Assembly: GCA_025594325.1 (NCBI GenBank)
Contig: JANHCV010000001.1
Span: 806,001-870,000, forward strand
Origin: Blastocladiella emersonii ATCC 22665
Lineage: Eukaryota; Fungi; Blastocladiomycota
Length of the DNA stretch: 64,000 nt
Direction of reading: 5' to 3'
Shown in pieces: positions 49,001 to 61,146 of this stretch. Each line of letters begins with the position of its first letter. Position 1 is the first letter of the stretch. The notes under the pieces were generated by a model. It saw nothing but the letters and a program-made list of their open reading frames with translations. It was not told the DNA's origin and searched no databases. Made by a program: the position numbers and the translations under genes.

Positions 49001-52000
49001 CTGTGTCGGCATCGGCGTTGGCCGCGGGCACCTTGACCGCGACGTTGAGCGCGTGCCACGGCTCGGTGCGGCCGAGCTTCTTGGCCTTGACCTGTGGGAA
49101 CAGCGCGAGGATCGCGGGCAGGTGCTGCTGGAGCTTGGCGGCGTTGCGGACAGCGGCCATGATGCCGACGCGGATGGGCCCAAGGTCGCCGCGCTTGATC
49201 ATGGGCGTCATGTCCAAGACCGACGCCGTGCGCGGGTTGTCGTAGGCGGACCCGCCAGCGGTGGCAGCTGACGCGTTGCCAGTCCCGAGGTTGTGGGCGG
49301 GGAACTGGAAGTGCCACTCAACGAGCGGGACGGGAAACGCGTCCTGCTTCTTTACGGCGTGGACGTGGTGCATGTTGTAGGGGCGGCGGACGTACATGTC
49401 GAGGGCGATGAGGCGGTCGACGGCGGGCACGTCGTGCTTGTAGAAGAGCGAGGGGAGCATGTCAAAGATGGAGAAGAGGGCGAGTTGATCAGGTTCATGG
49501 CCTCCTCGTGCGCGGCAGGTGACGCCTCGGGCAGCGCCGCGACGGCGCGCGTCACGTCACAGAACTGGCGGTACCGCTCGTCAAACCTGGGCAGCTGCAT
49601 TGCGATCAGCAGTGCGCGAGCGCAGAGCTGGACCGACGGGCGCCCTTGGCCTTGGCCGTGACTGAAATGGCAGCAGCGCCGCCGAGCTTGGCGAGCTGGT
49701 GCAGCGCCGTGTACAGCTTCTGGACGTTGGCCGAGCGCGCGAGGACCGAGCGCTGGACAGCGGCGACGAGGTCGAGAACCGCGCCGATCGCCGTGCACTT
49801 CCACGCGGCGCGCGACCGCAAGAAGCACGTCCAGCAGAGAGCGGCTTGGGCTCCGTGCGGGTGCGGAGCTTGAGCATTGTCTTCTTGGTGTGCACCGCGT
49901 CGCCGCCCGACATGAATGGCGACTCGGACGCGTGGAACCAGCGGATCAGGTGGTTCAGCTCGGCCACAGCGTGCGCGTTGGCGCCCGCCTCATACTTGCA
50001 GACGACCTCAAGGATTGGCGCGGTGGCGGCCTGGTTGGGGACCGTGGCAAGGAGCGCGAGCAGCTCGGCGGCTGGAAATGGCGTGTTTTCTGTCGACGCG
50101 GGCGAGATGAGGTCAAGCAGCTTGCCCTCAAGCCCGTGGGGCAGCCGGTTGTGGTAGCTGCTGAGGACCTGCGCTGTGTGGAGGACCGGCAGCTTGGGGC
50201 GGTGGATCACGTCAAGGCACGCCAATAGGAGCGAGGCCACAGGATGCGCCTGCTCGGACCCGTTGACGGCCCGGTTGAGCACCTGCTACAAGTCAAGGTA
50301 CCGCTGGTGCGCCTTGTTGGCCTAGCCAACGACAACGGCTGAGGCTGGGGACGCGGCAGTTGCGGCCAACAGAAGCGACGCTGACAACGTCGAGCGGGCG
50401 ATTGAAGACGGGAACGGCTTAACGCACAATTCTGCGATCTTGACCTGCGAAATGTCGTCAAGCTCGAGGACGGCGAGGATCTCGCCAGTGGCAATGGGCG
50501 AGCCGGGCTGCTTGGGGCCAGCGCATAGGTACCCGCGTTGGTGGCAAAGAGCAGCATGATCATCTTCATGACCTCAATCTCAGCAAACGCCTGGCCGGTG
50601 TCAACGTGGCCTGCGTTGGGGATGATCCAGTGCACGAGCGTGCCGGGCGACAGCGAGCGCAGCTGTGTTGGGTCCGTCCCCTGCGTGAAGACCATGGTGC
50701 GCCCGTTGATGGGCAGCTGGGTGCCGGCCACATTGGCGGACGCATACGTGACGTGCGACATCTCTGCGTAGGTGACGAGGACGCCGCTGTCAGGCAGGGC
50801 GTGGGCGCAGACAACGATGTGCAAGTCGTTGAGGCGCAGGACAAGCAGATCGCGCGTGGCAAGGGTCACGGCAATGTTGTAGCGCACGCCGTCGAGGATG
50901 AAGGAGGTTGAGAACTGGTCCTTGATGCCGGCGAGCGTGGGCACCTGGCCCTTGTCAAGCGACTTGAGGAACTGGGCCTTCTGGTCCTCGGCAGCGAGGA
51001 AGGCCATGGTGGCGGCGCCCGTGACGACTGAGACCCAGCGGTTGGGCCGCTCGGCGGTGAGCTTCTGCTAGATGCGGACGTTGAACCACTCGGTTGAGAA
51101 GTGGTTGTCGGCGAACTGGTCCGTCTCGAGCCAGGTGATCAGGTACTCGACGGTTGTGCGGAAGTCGCCGCAGATGCGCAGCTCCTTGGGCGTCATGATC
51201 ATGTTGCAGCGCAACAAGTGGCGGTCGTGCCCGTACGCAAACACGTGGCCAAACTGCAAGTCGGCAGATTTGTGCAGCCCGCAGTTGGCCAACGCGGAAA
51301 AGTAGCCCCGCACGTCTGTTGAGGAGCAGAAGTTGAGCTCAACAAGGCGGCCGCCCGACGGCTTGAACCCGGCGTCTGGGTTCTCGGCCGTGATGCGGCA
51401 CGCAATGACGTGGCCCGTTGGCGCCGGCATGCAATGGATAGTGAACAACTGCGGGTGGTCAAAATGGAAGTTGATCTCGGACGTGGTATGCAGCTGCAGC
51501 CCATACAGCATGCGCACGTGCGGGATCCGGTACAGCAGGATGCCCATGGTGACCTGCAGCTGCACGGCTGGGATGTTGACACCAGACACCATCTTGGTGG
51601 TTGGGTGCTCAACCTGCAGGTGCGGGTTGAGCTCAAGGAATTAGTCCTTTTGCTGGCCACGTCGTAGAGGAACTTGACAGTGCCAGCGTTGACGTAGCCG
51701 ACAAGCTTGGCGAGGCAGACGGCCGACACCTCCATATCCTCAAAGATGGCCAGGTTGGCAACGGTGACAGGGGCCTCCTCGATGATCCTCTGGTGGCGGC
51801 GCTGAACCGAGCAGTCGCAGCCAAACAGCGAGATGGCATTGCCGTACGCGTCAGCAAGGATCTGGACCTCGAGGTGGCGCGCGTTGGACGCCAGGCGCAT
51901 GAAGAAGATGGGCGAGCCCTGCACCTCGGCGGCGACCTGCACAAACGCGGCGCAGAACTGCAACGGGTCCGTGACCTTGCAGATGCCCTTGCCACCGCCT

Positions 52001-52162
52001 CCCTTGGACGCCTTGATCTGTTTGTGTTTGGTTTGGGGTGGTGCAAGTGTGAGTGAGCGAGCTGATCAATCGCACGTCAAAGAAAGCAGAATCAACGTAC
52101 CGTGAGAGGGTAGCCCACGCGGTCCAGCAACTGCAATGGCCTGTTTGACGTTGGTGACGCAT
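46040..52162 (-). pseudogene. ACC1: Acetyl-CoA carboxylase pseudogene (part of BC, BCCP, central region, CT), 5'-truncated at the inverted-repeat junction
   Basis: [28 protein letters not shown] (biotin motif), ANDITF, GETSAAY, ANWRG, DLHDTPGRMKAKG; multiple stops and frameshifts. Confidence 0.96.
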
Positions 52163-53384
52163 CAGCAGGTTGCGGGGGCGCGGGTTGGAGAGCTTGTTGG
52201 TCCACTACCCGCGCGCACACATGCACGCGTTAGTGTCGTTCCTCTTTGTTGCGCAGTCGAACGCCGCGTACCCGACTCGTGCCCGATGTGAGCACATACA
52301 CGTGCACCTGGGACCACGGCTTGTCGAGCGCCTCGAGCTCGTCGCGGGTTGGGACCACGTTGTCTCCGTCCCACAGGTACCGGACGGAGACGCGCTCGTG
52401 CGCGGGGGCTGGCACCTGCTGCGGAGCGATGGCCAGCCCACGGCACAGCCCGAGCATGAGGACCATGGCGCGCAGCATTGAGGGCCCAATCATGTCGACG
52501 TTCAGCGTGGACAGCGCGCGCGTCGCGGCGCCGGCGTCGACTTGGAAGCGGTGCTGCAGCGCTTCGCGGAGCTGCTGCTTGGGCGACAGCCGCGCCGCCG
52601 TCGCCACATGCGCGTGCCACGCCATCATGTCGTCGGCGGCGACGCGCGTGTACAGCTGGAGATGGACGTGGTACTGAGCAGCGACCTCGACGCCAGCCAC
52701 GTGGAGCGGCAGGTTGTTGCGGGCCAATTCGACAAAGTACGCGAGCACCACGGCGCCCGACTTCAACAGCGTGCCCGCCGTGATGATCGCGAGGATGCCC
52801 TTGATCGTGGACAGCAGCTGCAGCGCGTCGCCGTGGGTCCACGCCGGGTTCGCCGGCGCCCTCGCCAGCAACAGCTGCAGCTGCGCCATCTCAGCGGCAG
52901 TGGCAATCGGGTCGTTGGGGATCCCGAATGCGGGGAAATCGGAGACGGCGTCGCCCATGTACGCCTCGGCCGCGGCAACCGCTGCGCGCAGCTGGGCCTC
53001 TGCCGCCGCCACCGCGTCGGCCTCGGTGCCCACGGCCGGCGTAGGTGCCGGTGCCGGTGCCGGAGCAGGTGGCGCCACCGCTGGTCCCGAGGTCGAGCCG
53101 CGCGACCGTTTCGAGCTGCGCGACTTACGCGCTTTGCACAACTCGGTGATGCGCGCGTCAGCGCATCCGTGCGCGGACACGGCGTACAGGAGCATCTGGC
53201 AGGTGTGCATCTTGGCGTCGATCGAGAACGTGGGCGACGGCGGGTTGCCGGCAGCGAGAAACGCGACATACGTCTCGTTGAGCGTGGACTGGACCCGAGG
53301 AAAGTCCGGGACTCCGGTGCGAGCGATGAGCGTCGCCACCTCGAAAGCGCGCATGCCGTACGTGACCGAGGGAGCGGTCGCGGT

Positions 53385-53427
<43 letters not shown>

Positions 53428-53696
53428 AGCTCGTCGGGGTCGAGGGTGTACTTGAGGATGGGCGCTGCCGCGCCGAGGTTGGCGTTGGTCGCGGCCGGGA
53501 CCACCGCCAGCGGCCCGCCACCCGGCTGCTGGTCCGGCAGCTCCTGCGTCGGCTACGGGGTCGGCGCAGCGTCAGACAGTGGCATCGTGATGGTTTTCGC
53601 GGGTCCCTCCCGCGGGACACGCGCGTGGGCGGCGGCTGCGTTCGCTGCGGGCCCGAGACGGCATGTCCTTACGTTTTGCGTGGTTTTCGGATCCAT
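52163..53696 (-). pseudogene. Duplicate of the 5963..7823 family A gene, truncated 42 bp into exon 3
   Basis: Mirror copy; after RNLL it reads into ACC-derived sequence in a non-ACC frame. Confidence 0.8.
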
Positions 53697-54026
53697 TGCA
53701 GCGAGTTGTGGTTGTAGTGAGGCCGTCGTTGGGCCTATGAGTGCGAGCGAGGGGAGAGCGAAGGAGCGGGCACACGGCGAGGGCGATGGGCTGGTCTCAC
53801 GCGACGCGGCGCACGTGGCTTCGCGTCGCGCCCGCGGCCACAGCCCAACGGCCTGCGCCCGAGTGAACCGTTGCCTCCGTCGGGCGAGCGGACGCGAGCG
53901 ACACGGCGATTCAAAGCCAACGGGCGGTCGTGCCGCCAGTGTATTATGTCGAGAGTAGTCCAGCGAGGGAGGGAGGGGAGGGAGAGATGGGTGTGCAAGA
54001 GGAAGCGGGCGGCATCATTCAAGACA

Positions 54027-55064
54027 TCAAAGCGGCGGGTTGGCGGGTGGCGAGGGCGCGCAGGCTCCGCTCCGCCAGCAACCGTCCGGCATCTCGAGCG
54101 ACCCACTGCTGTCGCCGACGAAGCCCGCGAGGACGCTGTTGTCGGCGCGCGGGTCGCCCGCGACCAGCCGACGCACGCGGAGCTCCATCGGCACCGTCGA
54201 GGTCGGCTCGCCTGCAGCACCTGGCTCCGGCTCCAGCTCTGGACCGTAGAAGCGCCCATGGCTCTCGTCGTGGTCGTAGGCCAGGAGCGGCGGGGGTCGG
54301 TAGGACGGGGCGGGCACCGCGGCGGCGGCAACCTTCCGCGTGTCGAAGCGGCTAAGGACGGTGCGCTCCACGCCGGGGCCCGCGGCACCGTGCACTTGGG
54401 CCGATGACGAGGCTGGCCGCTCCGGGTACGTGATGAGGAGTTGGGGGTTGGATATGGCCGTGGCCGGCGCGCACAGCGGTTCGGGCCCGTAGGGGTCGCT
54501 GGCCAGGAGCTCGTCGAGCGACTCGGCGTTGGGCGGCCGGACCTTGCTCAGCTTGAGCCAGAATGTGCCGAGCAGGTGCGTCGCGAGGTACTGGTCGTCG
54601 CCCTCGACCGCGTACTGGTCGGACCCGCGGTGACGGGCGCGGCGCACCTCGAGCCGCAGCGGGAACCGGATGTGCGCCAGGAGGCCGAGGTCGACGACCT
54701 TGGGCTCCTGCCACGCCTGAAGCACGAAACTGGCGAGGCCGAGCGATGAGCGGCGCCCGAGGACCGTGACGTGAATCACGTCGTCCGACTCGTTGCTGAT
54801 GCGCAGCATGGTCCACGTCGTCAGGTTGGCCGGCGGTGACGGCACAATGATGGCGAGCCCGTCGTAGTCGTCGAGTGTGCGGCGCCGCGGCTTGATCGGA
54901 ATGTAGTAGGCGGCGTCGAGGTCGAAGTAGGGCACCTCCTTGGGGTTGGGCATGACGCTGCGGTAGGTGCCGCCTCGCTCATTGCGGATCAGAATGTACT
55001 TGTCCTGGTCGAAGGGCCGATCCCAGGTCATGACCGTGACGAACACCTTGCGCAAGTAGGACAT
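54027..55064 (-). CDS. Duplicate of the 4595..5632 hypothetical protein
   Basis: Identical translation in the ORF track. Confidence 0.7.
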   Translation of the reverse strand: MSYLRKVFVTVMTWDRPFDQDKYILIRNERGGTYRSVMPNPKEVPYFDLDAAYYIPIKPRRRTLDDYDGLAIIVPSPPANLTTWTMLRISNESDDVIHVTVLGRRSSLGLASFVLQAWQEPKVVDLGLLAHIRFPLRLEVRRARHRGSDQYAVEGDDQYLATHLLGTFWLKLSKVRPPNAESLDELLASDPYGPEPLCAPATAISNPQLLITYPERPASSSAQVHGAAGPGVERTVLSRFDTRKVAAAAVPAPSYRPPPLLAYDHDESHGRFYGPELEPEPGAAGEPTSTVPMELRVRRLVAGDPRADNSVLAGFVGDSSGSLEMPDGCWRSGACAPSPPANPPL

Positions 55065-58000
55065 GGTGGAAGCAATGAGTGTGTGCGTGAGCCCGGCGCG
55101 TCGAGTCAAGTGCGTCAAGTTACATGGGGCGTCGGGCGGAGTCGGCTGTCCGCTGGCGCCGAGGTGAGAGTGGGCGATCAGGGCGGCAGCGGCGGCGGCA
55201 GCGCCGCGGCGAGCCGGCGCTGCTGCCTGGCTGGGACCGGGTGATACACGCGAAGTGAAGAACGCGTCAGTGTGGCGGTGGCGGTGGCGCAGTGGCTGCC
55301 GCCTTGGCCTCGATCGATCGTTGTGACCTCGTGTTCCTCCGCCGCCCGCAGCGGGCTCGCCATGGCCGCGGCCGTGGCCACGGGCGTGCGAGTACCCGGT
55401 GCGGCTCGAGCGAGCACTGGCGCAACGAGGAAGGCGGTCGGGGTGGCGCGCGGAGGTCCCTATCTGTGTGGCACGAAACGACAACGAAAGCCTTGCTCCG
55501 TAACATTCAAAACACACATTCCGCGAGGTGACGCGCAACAATGACCCTCGAATCCTCCCTCGGTGATGGTCGATGCACCGACTGCAGGCGCGGCACCTAC
55601 GGCGGCAAGCGCGCGCGCCCGCCACTTGTCGTCGACCAACACGATGATCACGGGCTGGACGGGCTGCGTGGCAAGGTGCAGGACGAGGACGTCGAGCGTG
55701 TGGAAGCTGACGGCCTTGGTGGGCGCCGCCGCGACGTGGTGGTACGTGATGTGGTCGCGCCCGAGCCACCAGCAAAGCCGACTACCGGACAATCGAAATC
55801 CGAGAGTTAGTCGCTCGTCTCACACAACCGTCCGAGCCCGCACGGGTGGCGTACCTTGACCCGGCTCGCACCGGTCCCGTACACGCGTGCCTCGAACCAC
55901 AACGTGCTGACGGTGGCGATCCGGTCCGCGGTGAGCGACACCGTGTCGCCGTCGATCATGATGAGCACCGGACGACTGCGGCCGCCGCGCGAAGTCGAAG
56001 CCGACCGGCCAGTTGCGGCGCGGACGCGGCGCAGACGCGGTAAGCGGCGAGGCGACCACGGCGCCAAACCATCTCGGCGCGGATGTCGCGCAGCGCGGCC
56101 GTGAAGCCGCCGGTGTGGATGCTGTGCCCGCGCGCGGCACGGCGTCGAGTAGCTGCGCCTCGGGCGTGAACGCCGTCGGCGGCGGCCGAGTCAATGAGCC
56201 GCGGGACGAGGTCGAGCAGGTGTGGCACGTCGGCGCGCCGCCGCGCCACGCGGGGCTCACCGATGCAGTCGACAGCACAGCAGGCGGCGCGGGTGGAGGA
56301 CCTCGGGCGGCGCGGCCACGGCGGTCGACAGCAGGCGGCGCAGGTGGAGGACCTCGGGCGGCGCGGCCACGAGCGCAAGCACGTTGGACGAAGCGTTGCC
56401 GCTGCCCACGACGACCGATGGCGCCGCGGGAACCCACTCCAGGGCGGCGTAGGCCAGCAGGATGCACCCGTGGATGGGCGCGTCGAGCGGGAGCGGGAGC
56501 GGGAGCGGGTTGTGGGACCGCAACGCCGCGGGGCGCGGTTGGGCACGCAGCGGGCCTCGAAGCGGTCGGCGGCCGCAGGATCCCCGCGCAGGTCGCGCGC
56601 CGCCACATCGTAGGCCTTGTCGAGATACGCAGCCGTCGGGGCCGAGCCGGCGCCGCGCATCACACAGTCGAGGGAACCGAGGTTCTGGCAGGAAAGCTGC
56701 AGCGGGTGCCGGGCGGGATCGAGGTGGTCGAGCACGACAGGCAGGATGGACACGTATTCGGCTGCCGCCGCAGGCTCGAAGAAGTGCACTCGGTCGCTCG
56801 CGGCGTGCGTCGGTGCGTGCTACATGCCGGCTGGGGTCGCGAGGCTGCCTCGTTAGCCTTGACACTCCATGATCCCCAGTGCTGCTGCGCGAGCGACGTA
56901 CGCTATCCATGGCTGTTGAGCGTGTGATGCGTCCGAGGACGTGGTCGGCGTCGACCGAGAGTTGGGGAAGGCGAGCGCGGCGCGATCCCGCGTCGACGTC
57001 GGCGGGGCCGCGAGTAGTGCATGGTGGGCCGAGATCAGCGGAGCGGCTTGCTCAAGGTTACATGGACGGCGTGCTGGTAATCGTCGTTTCGGCGAGAGAA
57101 GAAGCAGTGGAGGTCGGGTCGGCGGCGGCGGTCGCTCGGCGGAGGCGCCACCTGAAACGCGTCGCGTCCTTCACCTCGCGACGGCGCTCGCCCCACCCAT
57201 CGGATATCCCCAACAGCTGTCAGTGTCCACCAAGAGTCGAGAGAGACGTGCAGTCACACGATCGTCGTATTCAGCCTATCCAATCGCCATCCAATCCCCA
57301 TCCAGATCACCGCTCAACCCGGCGCGCCCGCACCCACGCGTCGACGGCCTGCATCTCGCCGTCCCACTCGGTGACGACGACCACCTGGCCGCCGCGCTCG
57401 TACTTGGTGCCCGTGATGGTGGGCATGCTGCTGCGGCCGTGCAGCGACTTGGTCACGACCACGGTCAGCGGCGGCCGCGGCGCGAGCGGGGTGTCGGTCT
57501 GCGCCGCCGAGTCGAGCGAGGTCAGCACCTGCCACGACACGTACGTAGGCCTCGGGGTGCTTGTGCTTGTCCTCGTCCGAGAGGTCGACGTGCGCGTACT
57601 GGACGGGTGCCTGCGACGGTGGCGGCGGCGAGGGCGAGGGCAGCATGGCGTGCGGCGGCCACGGCTCCGCCTGCAGATGGTGGTGGTGCTGCTGCTGGTG
57701 GTAGTGCTGGAGTTGCTGCCGTGGCGAAAACGGCGACGGCGACGGGATCGCCTGGACGGTGCTCGTGCCGGGTCCGTCCAAGTAGTCGTACTTGGTGTAC
57801 TCCTCGTCGTTGTGGTCGTCGTAGTCGGGTCCTGGTGGCACGAGCGAGTTCTAAGCTGCGGATCCACGCTGCGCGACCAGCTTGACCTTCGGAACGTAGC
57901 GGGAACAGCTCGTTGACGGGCGGCGCCTCGACACGCACATGAACCCGTGCGCCGCCGTCATCAGCGCCGTGCGCCGCGGCCGGGCCGATGCCGTGCGTCT

Positions 58001-58697
58001 CGGCGAACCCCGCGTCAAACGTGTACACCGTCGCGTCGAAGCGGCACGGCGCGTCGGGCGACGGCAGGGTGCGCAGCGTCGCGGCGAGCGCGTCGGTTCA
58101 CGCCGCGTCGAGGACGTGCACGGGGATGACGATCTCGGGGTCCGTGAACTGGACGAGCCCTCGTAGTTTCTCTAGCACGGGCCGCGTCACCGGCACGCGG
58201 TCCGGAGCGCTAGCCGGCGCCGCGGCGATGGCGGACAGGAGCTAGATGGGGTCGAGGCCGGCCTCGACACTAGACAAGGGGGGTAGCCCGTCAGCTAGAG
58301 ATTCCAGAGAGCGATTGTGCACGCCTCGAGGACGAGACGCACGCGGCGGCAACGAACTCCTCGCGCGTCAAGCACTGGGGCGCCGGCGGGCAGTTGAAGG
58401 TGGTGGTGTTGCCCGCGGCGGTTGAGAGCACGGTGGTTGATGCATAGCAGGTAGTGAGTGTTCTTGATAGAAGAGATCGTCGTGGGAGAGAGGGAGAGCA
58501 GGAGGGCGGGAGCGGGAACGCGTTTTATACCCGGCGCGGCCGACGGAGCAGCGTGGGACCACCAACCCTCCCGGCCGCCGTCGCCGTGGCCACCGTGATC
58601 CGCTTCATCTGCCTGCCGGCATGAGCGTACTACGTCACCGCGCTCACGACGTTGCGACTCAGGCGAGCGACTTTACAAGGGGACAATAGTTCTTCAT

Positions 58698-60225
58698 TCA
58701 GTGACGGTTGCCGTCCGACAACACCTTCTTGGACGTCGCCTTCTTGGACGTCGCCTTCTTGGACGTCGCCTTCTTGGACGCCTGAGACGATGCCTCGGTC
58801 GCGGCCGCGGCGGCGCGCGCGCGCCACTCGCCCTTGGCCTCGTCGGGCCCGTCCGTGAGGCACATCTGGGCCCACGACATGATCACGGTCGCGGCCAACG
58901 GCGTGCGCACCTGCAGGACCCACCGGTCGGCATCGCTGCCGTTCCCCGCCGCCGCCACCAGGCGGTCCAGACCGAGCTCGCGGCGCGCCGTGTCCTCGAC
59001 GCCGTCGAAGATCGTGCCGTCCGAGATGAGGATCACGGGCCGCGGGCGCGGCGAGCCGAGCGCCGCCGCGACGTGCGCGAGAACGCGGTGCTTGAGCGCC
59101 GCCGACGGCTCGGCGTCCACCGTGAGCGACTTGATGCGGCTGCTGCGCTTGCCCGTGACGGCGTTTCACTACCGTGCGTCGTACAAAGTCAGTCCCAGTC
59201 GAGCAGGTCACGCTCGCCCTCGGAAGAGCGTACCTCGGCCTGTTTGGCAGCACTCGCGCACACATGCGTGTCGAACCACGGCTCGTCTATGGCCGCGATC
59301 TGGTCGGCCGTCGCCGACACCGTGTTGGCGTCCCACAGGACGATGACGAGCGCGTGGTCGTCGCCGTTGGCGAGACCGTGTCGAGCAAGGGCATCGGGAC
59401 CACGATACGCCGCGAGAAGCGTCTTCATGGCGTCGAGGAACCGACTTCCAAACCCGGCGACGCGGTTGTCGGCGACGGTGCGCATGAAATCGCGGGCATG
59501 GACCCCGAAACCACACAGCAACACGTTGTGCAGGTGTGCCCCATGCGTCGACGCGTGTTCGAGCGCCGAGACTGGCTGCTCGCGACAGACGTTCGTTGGC
59601 ACCGCCGATGTCAAGGTCTGAAGCAGCGGCCAGTCGTCGGCCGGCACCGCAACACCCGCCGCGTGAAGGTGCATGTTCTTGCGCCCGAGCAAAGTGAGAA
59701 AGGCACAATGAGCGGGCGTCACGTCCGGGTCCTGCGGCTGCTGCGACTCCTCCTCCTCGGCCACCTCGTTGTCGTTGCCCTTGCGCTCGACGAGGATGCT
59801 ACCGGCGCCCGCGTCACCCGCACCGCGGCCGCGGCCGCGGCCGCTGTCGCCGTTGGCCTGCTGCCGCTCGATCTTGTCAATGAAGAGCTCCACCTGGGAC
59901 TACATGAAGCGCGCGTCCTCGCGGCGCAACGGGGGGTTTTCGGCGCCGTCACCATCAGCTGGCGCAAATGGAGCACCACTTGCGGCGCGTTATCGAGGTT
60001 GAGCACATCGGTCTCGGACACGGCCTTGAGCGCGAGCTGTGCGCTGCCCGGCGGCGGCGCGGCCACGTGCGGATTCTCCGTCCCGCCCGACAGCGACGCG
60101 GCGTACATCATGTGGTTTGCAGCTGCGTAGGCGATATACTGGCAACCGTTTACCGAATCGCCAACGGGTATCGACCCTTCAGCGGGGAGTGCAGCGCGAA
60201 TGTGGTCCAGCGTCTGCTGAGCCAT
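58698..60225 (-). pseudogene. Full extent of the family A paralog whose 3' part appears at 12..961
   Basis: N-terminal LRQLMVTAPKTP and VELFIDKIER match MRHLMTTAPGDP and MSLIFDQIQR of 61147..62435; a stop/frameshift near 59900 and TGA at the start of exon 2. Confidence 0.65.
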
Positions 60226-61146
60226 GGGCGACGCAGGACCCGAGGCCTCCGCGGCCGCAGTGGGAGGCCGCAGCTGACGCTGGGAGCGTGCCAGCGCAGG
60301 CTACGCATGGAAGCCGGCTCGTCAGGCCCGGTTGCCGCCGCGATCCGCTCAAGTCACGACAAGGACCTACGTTTCCTGCGGCGGAACCGTTCCGTGATGT
60401 GCGTGTTTTCTTCATGAGTTTCATCAAGTCACGGTGGACTGGCGTGAGAGAAGAGCCGGAGCAAGAGGGAGGGAGAGGAAGCGCACAGCTTCGCGCGGCG
60501 CCGCCTCGACTCGAAGTCGCGTTTCCGCACGCTGAGGTGAACGTCGCGAAACCCGCGCCACAACGTGCTTGAACCTTCGCCGATCCTCCTCAACAAGCTC
60601 TCTTGTCTGATAACGCGGTACCTCGCTCATCGGTCGGCCGACGAGCAATCACGCTGATGTCGGCCCAGCTCTCATCATTCCCGCGGACCTTGTATACTCT
60701 CGAGTACTCGTTGCCGTACCTACCTTGCCTTGAATCGACCGAGCATCATAGAAAGAAGATACTGACCAATTTAGTGGGAACGCGGACAGAACCGATTGAT
60801 GAAAATTGATGGCCACAAGCTCCTGGCAGCTGCTGGCAGTTGCTGGTCGCGACCATGGCCGTCGTGAGGTAGCGGATCGGCGCGACCGTTCCTATCCATT
60901 CCTTTTACTAAATCTGGGCCAGTGCGACATGCAATCTACTGCACGCGCCCATGTTGGCGAAGCCGTGGAAAGCTCATTCGGCAATTGTCCCGATAGTTTG
61001 GGCCACGGTGGCCTCGAACGAGAAAGGATGTGGTCGTCGCGGACTCGGATGGGCTGTTTTTGCTCTTCAGTCAAGCCTCGACAGCAACAGAATGGTATTT
61101 CATTCAGCTCAATTGCGCAATGTGCAGCACGAGAACACGGGCCCGC

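Larger units (their letters stand above)
52163..59658 (-). repeat. Right arm of the giant inverted duplication (may extend further right; partner is outside the window)
   Basis: Reverse complement of 1-7496. The inner junction at 52162/52163 abuts ACC pseudogene sequence. Confidence 0.97.

Noticed and set aside
46040-52162. Functional ACC1
   Set aside because: Multiple in-frame stops, frameshifts, altered conserved residues and a missing 5' end.
1-59658. Giant-virus, Polinton/Maverick or Starship element
   Set aside because: No DNA polymerase B, capsid, packaging ATPase or tyrosine recombinase is recognisable, and the inner repeat boundary cuts through a gene rather than forming a defined terminus.
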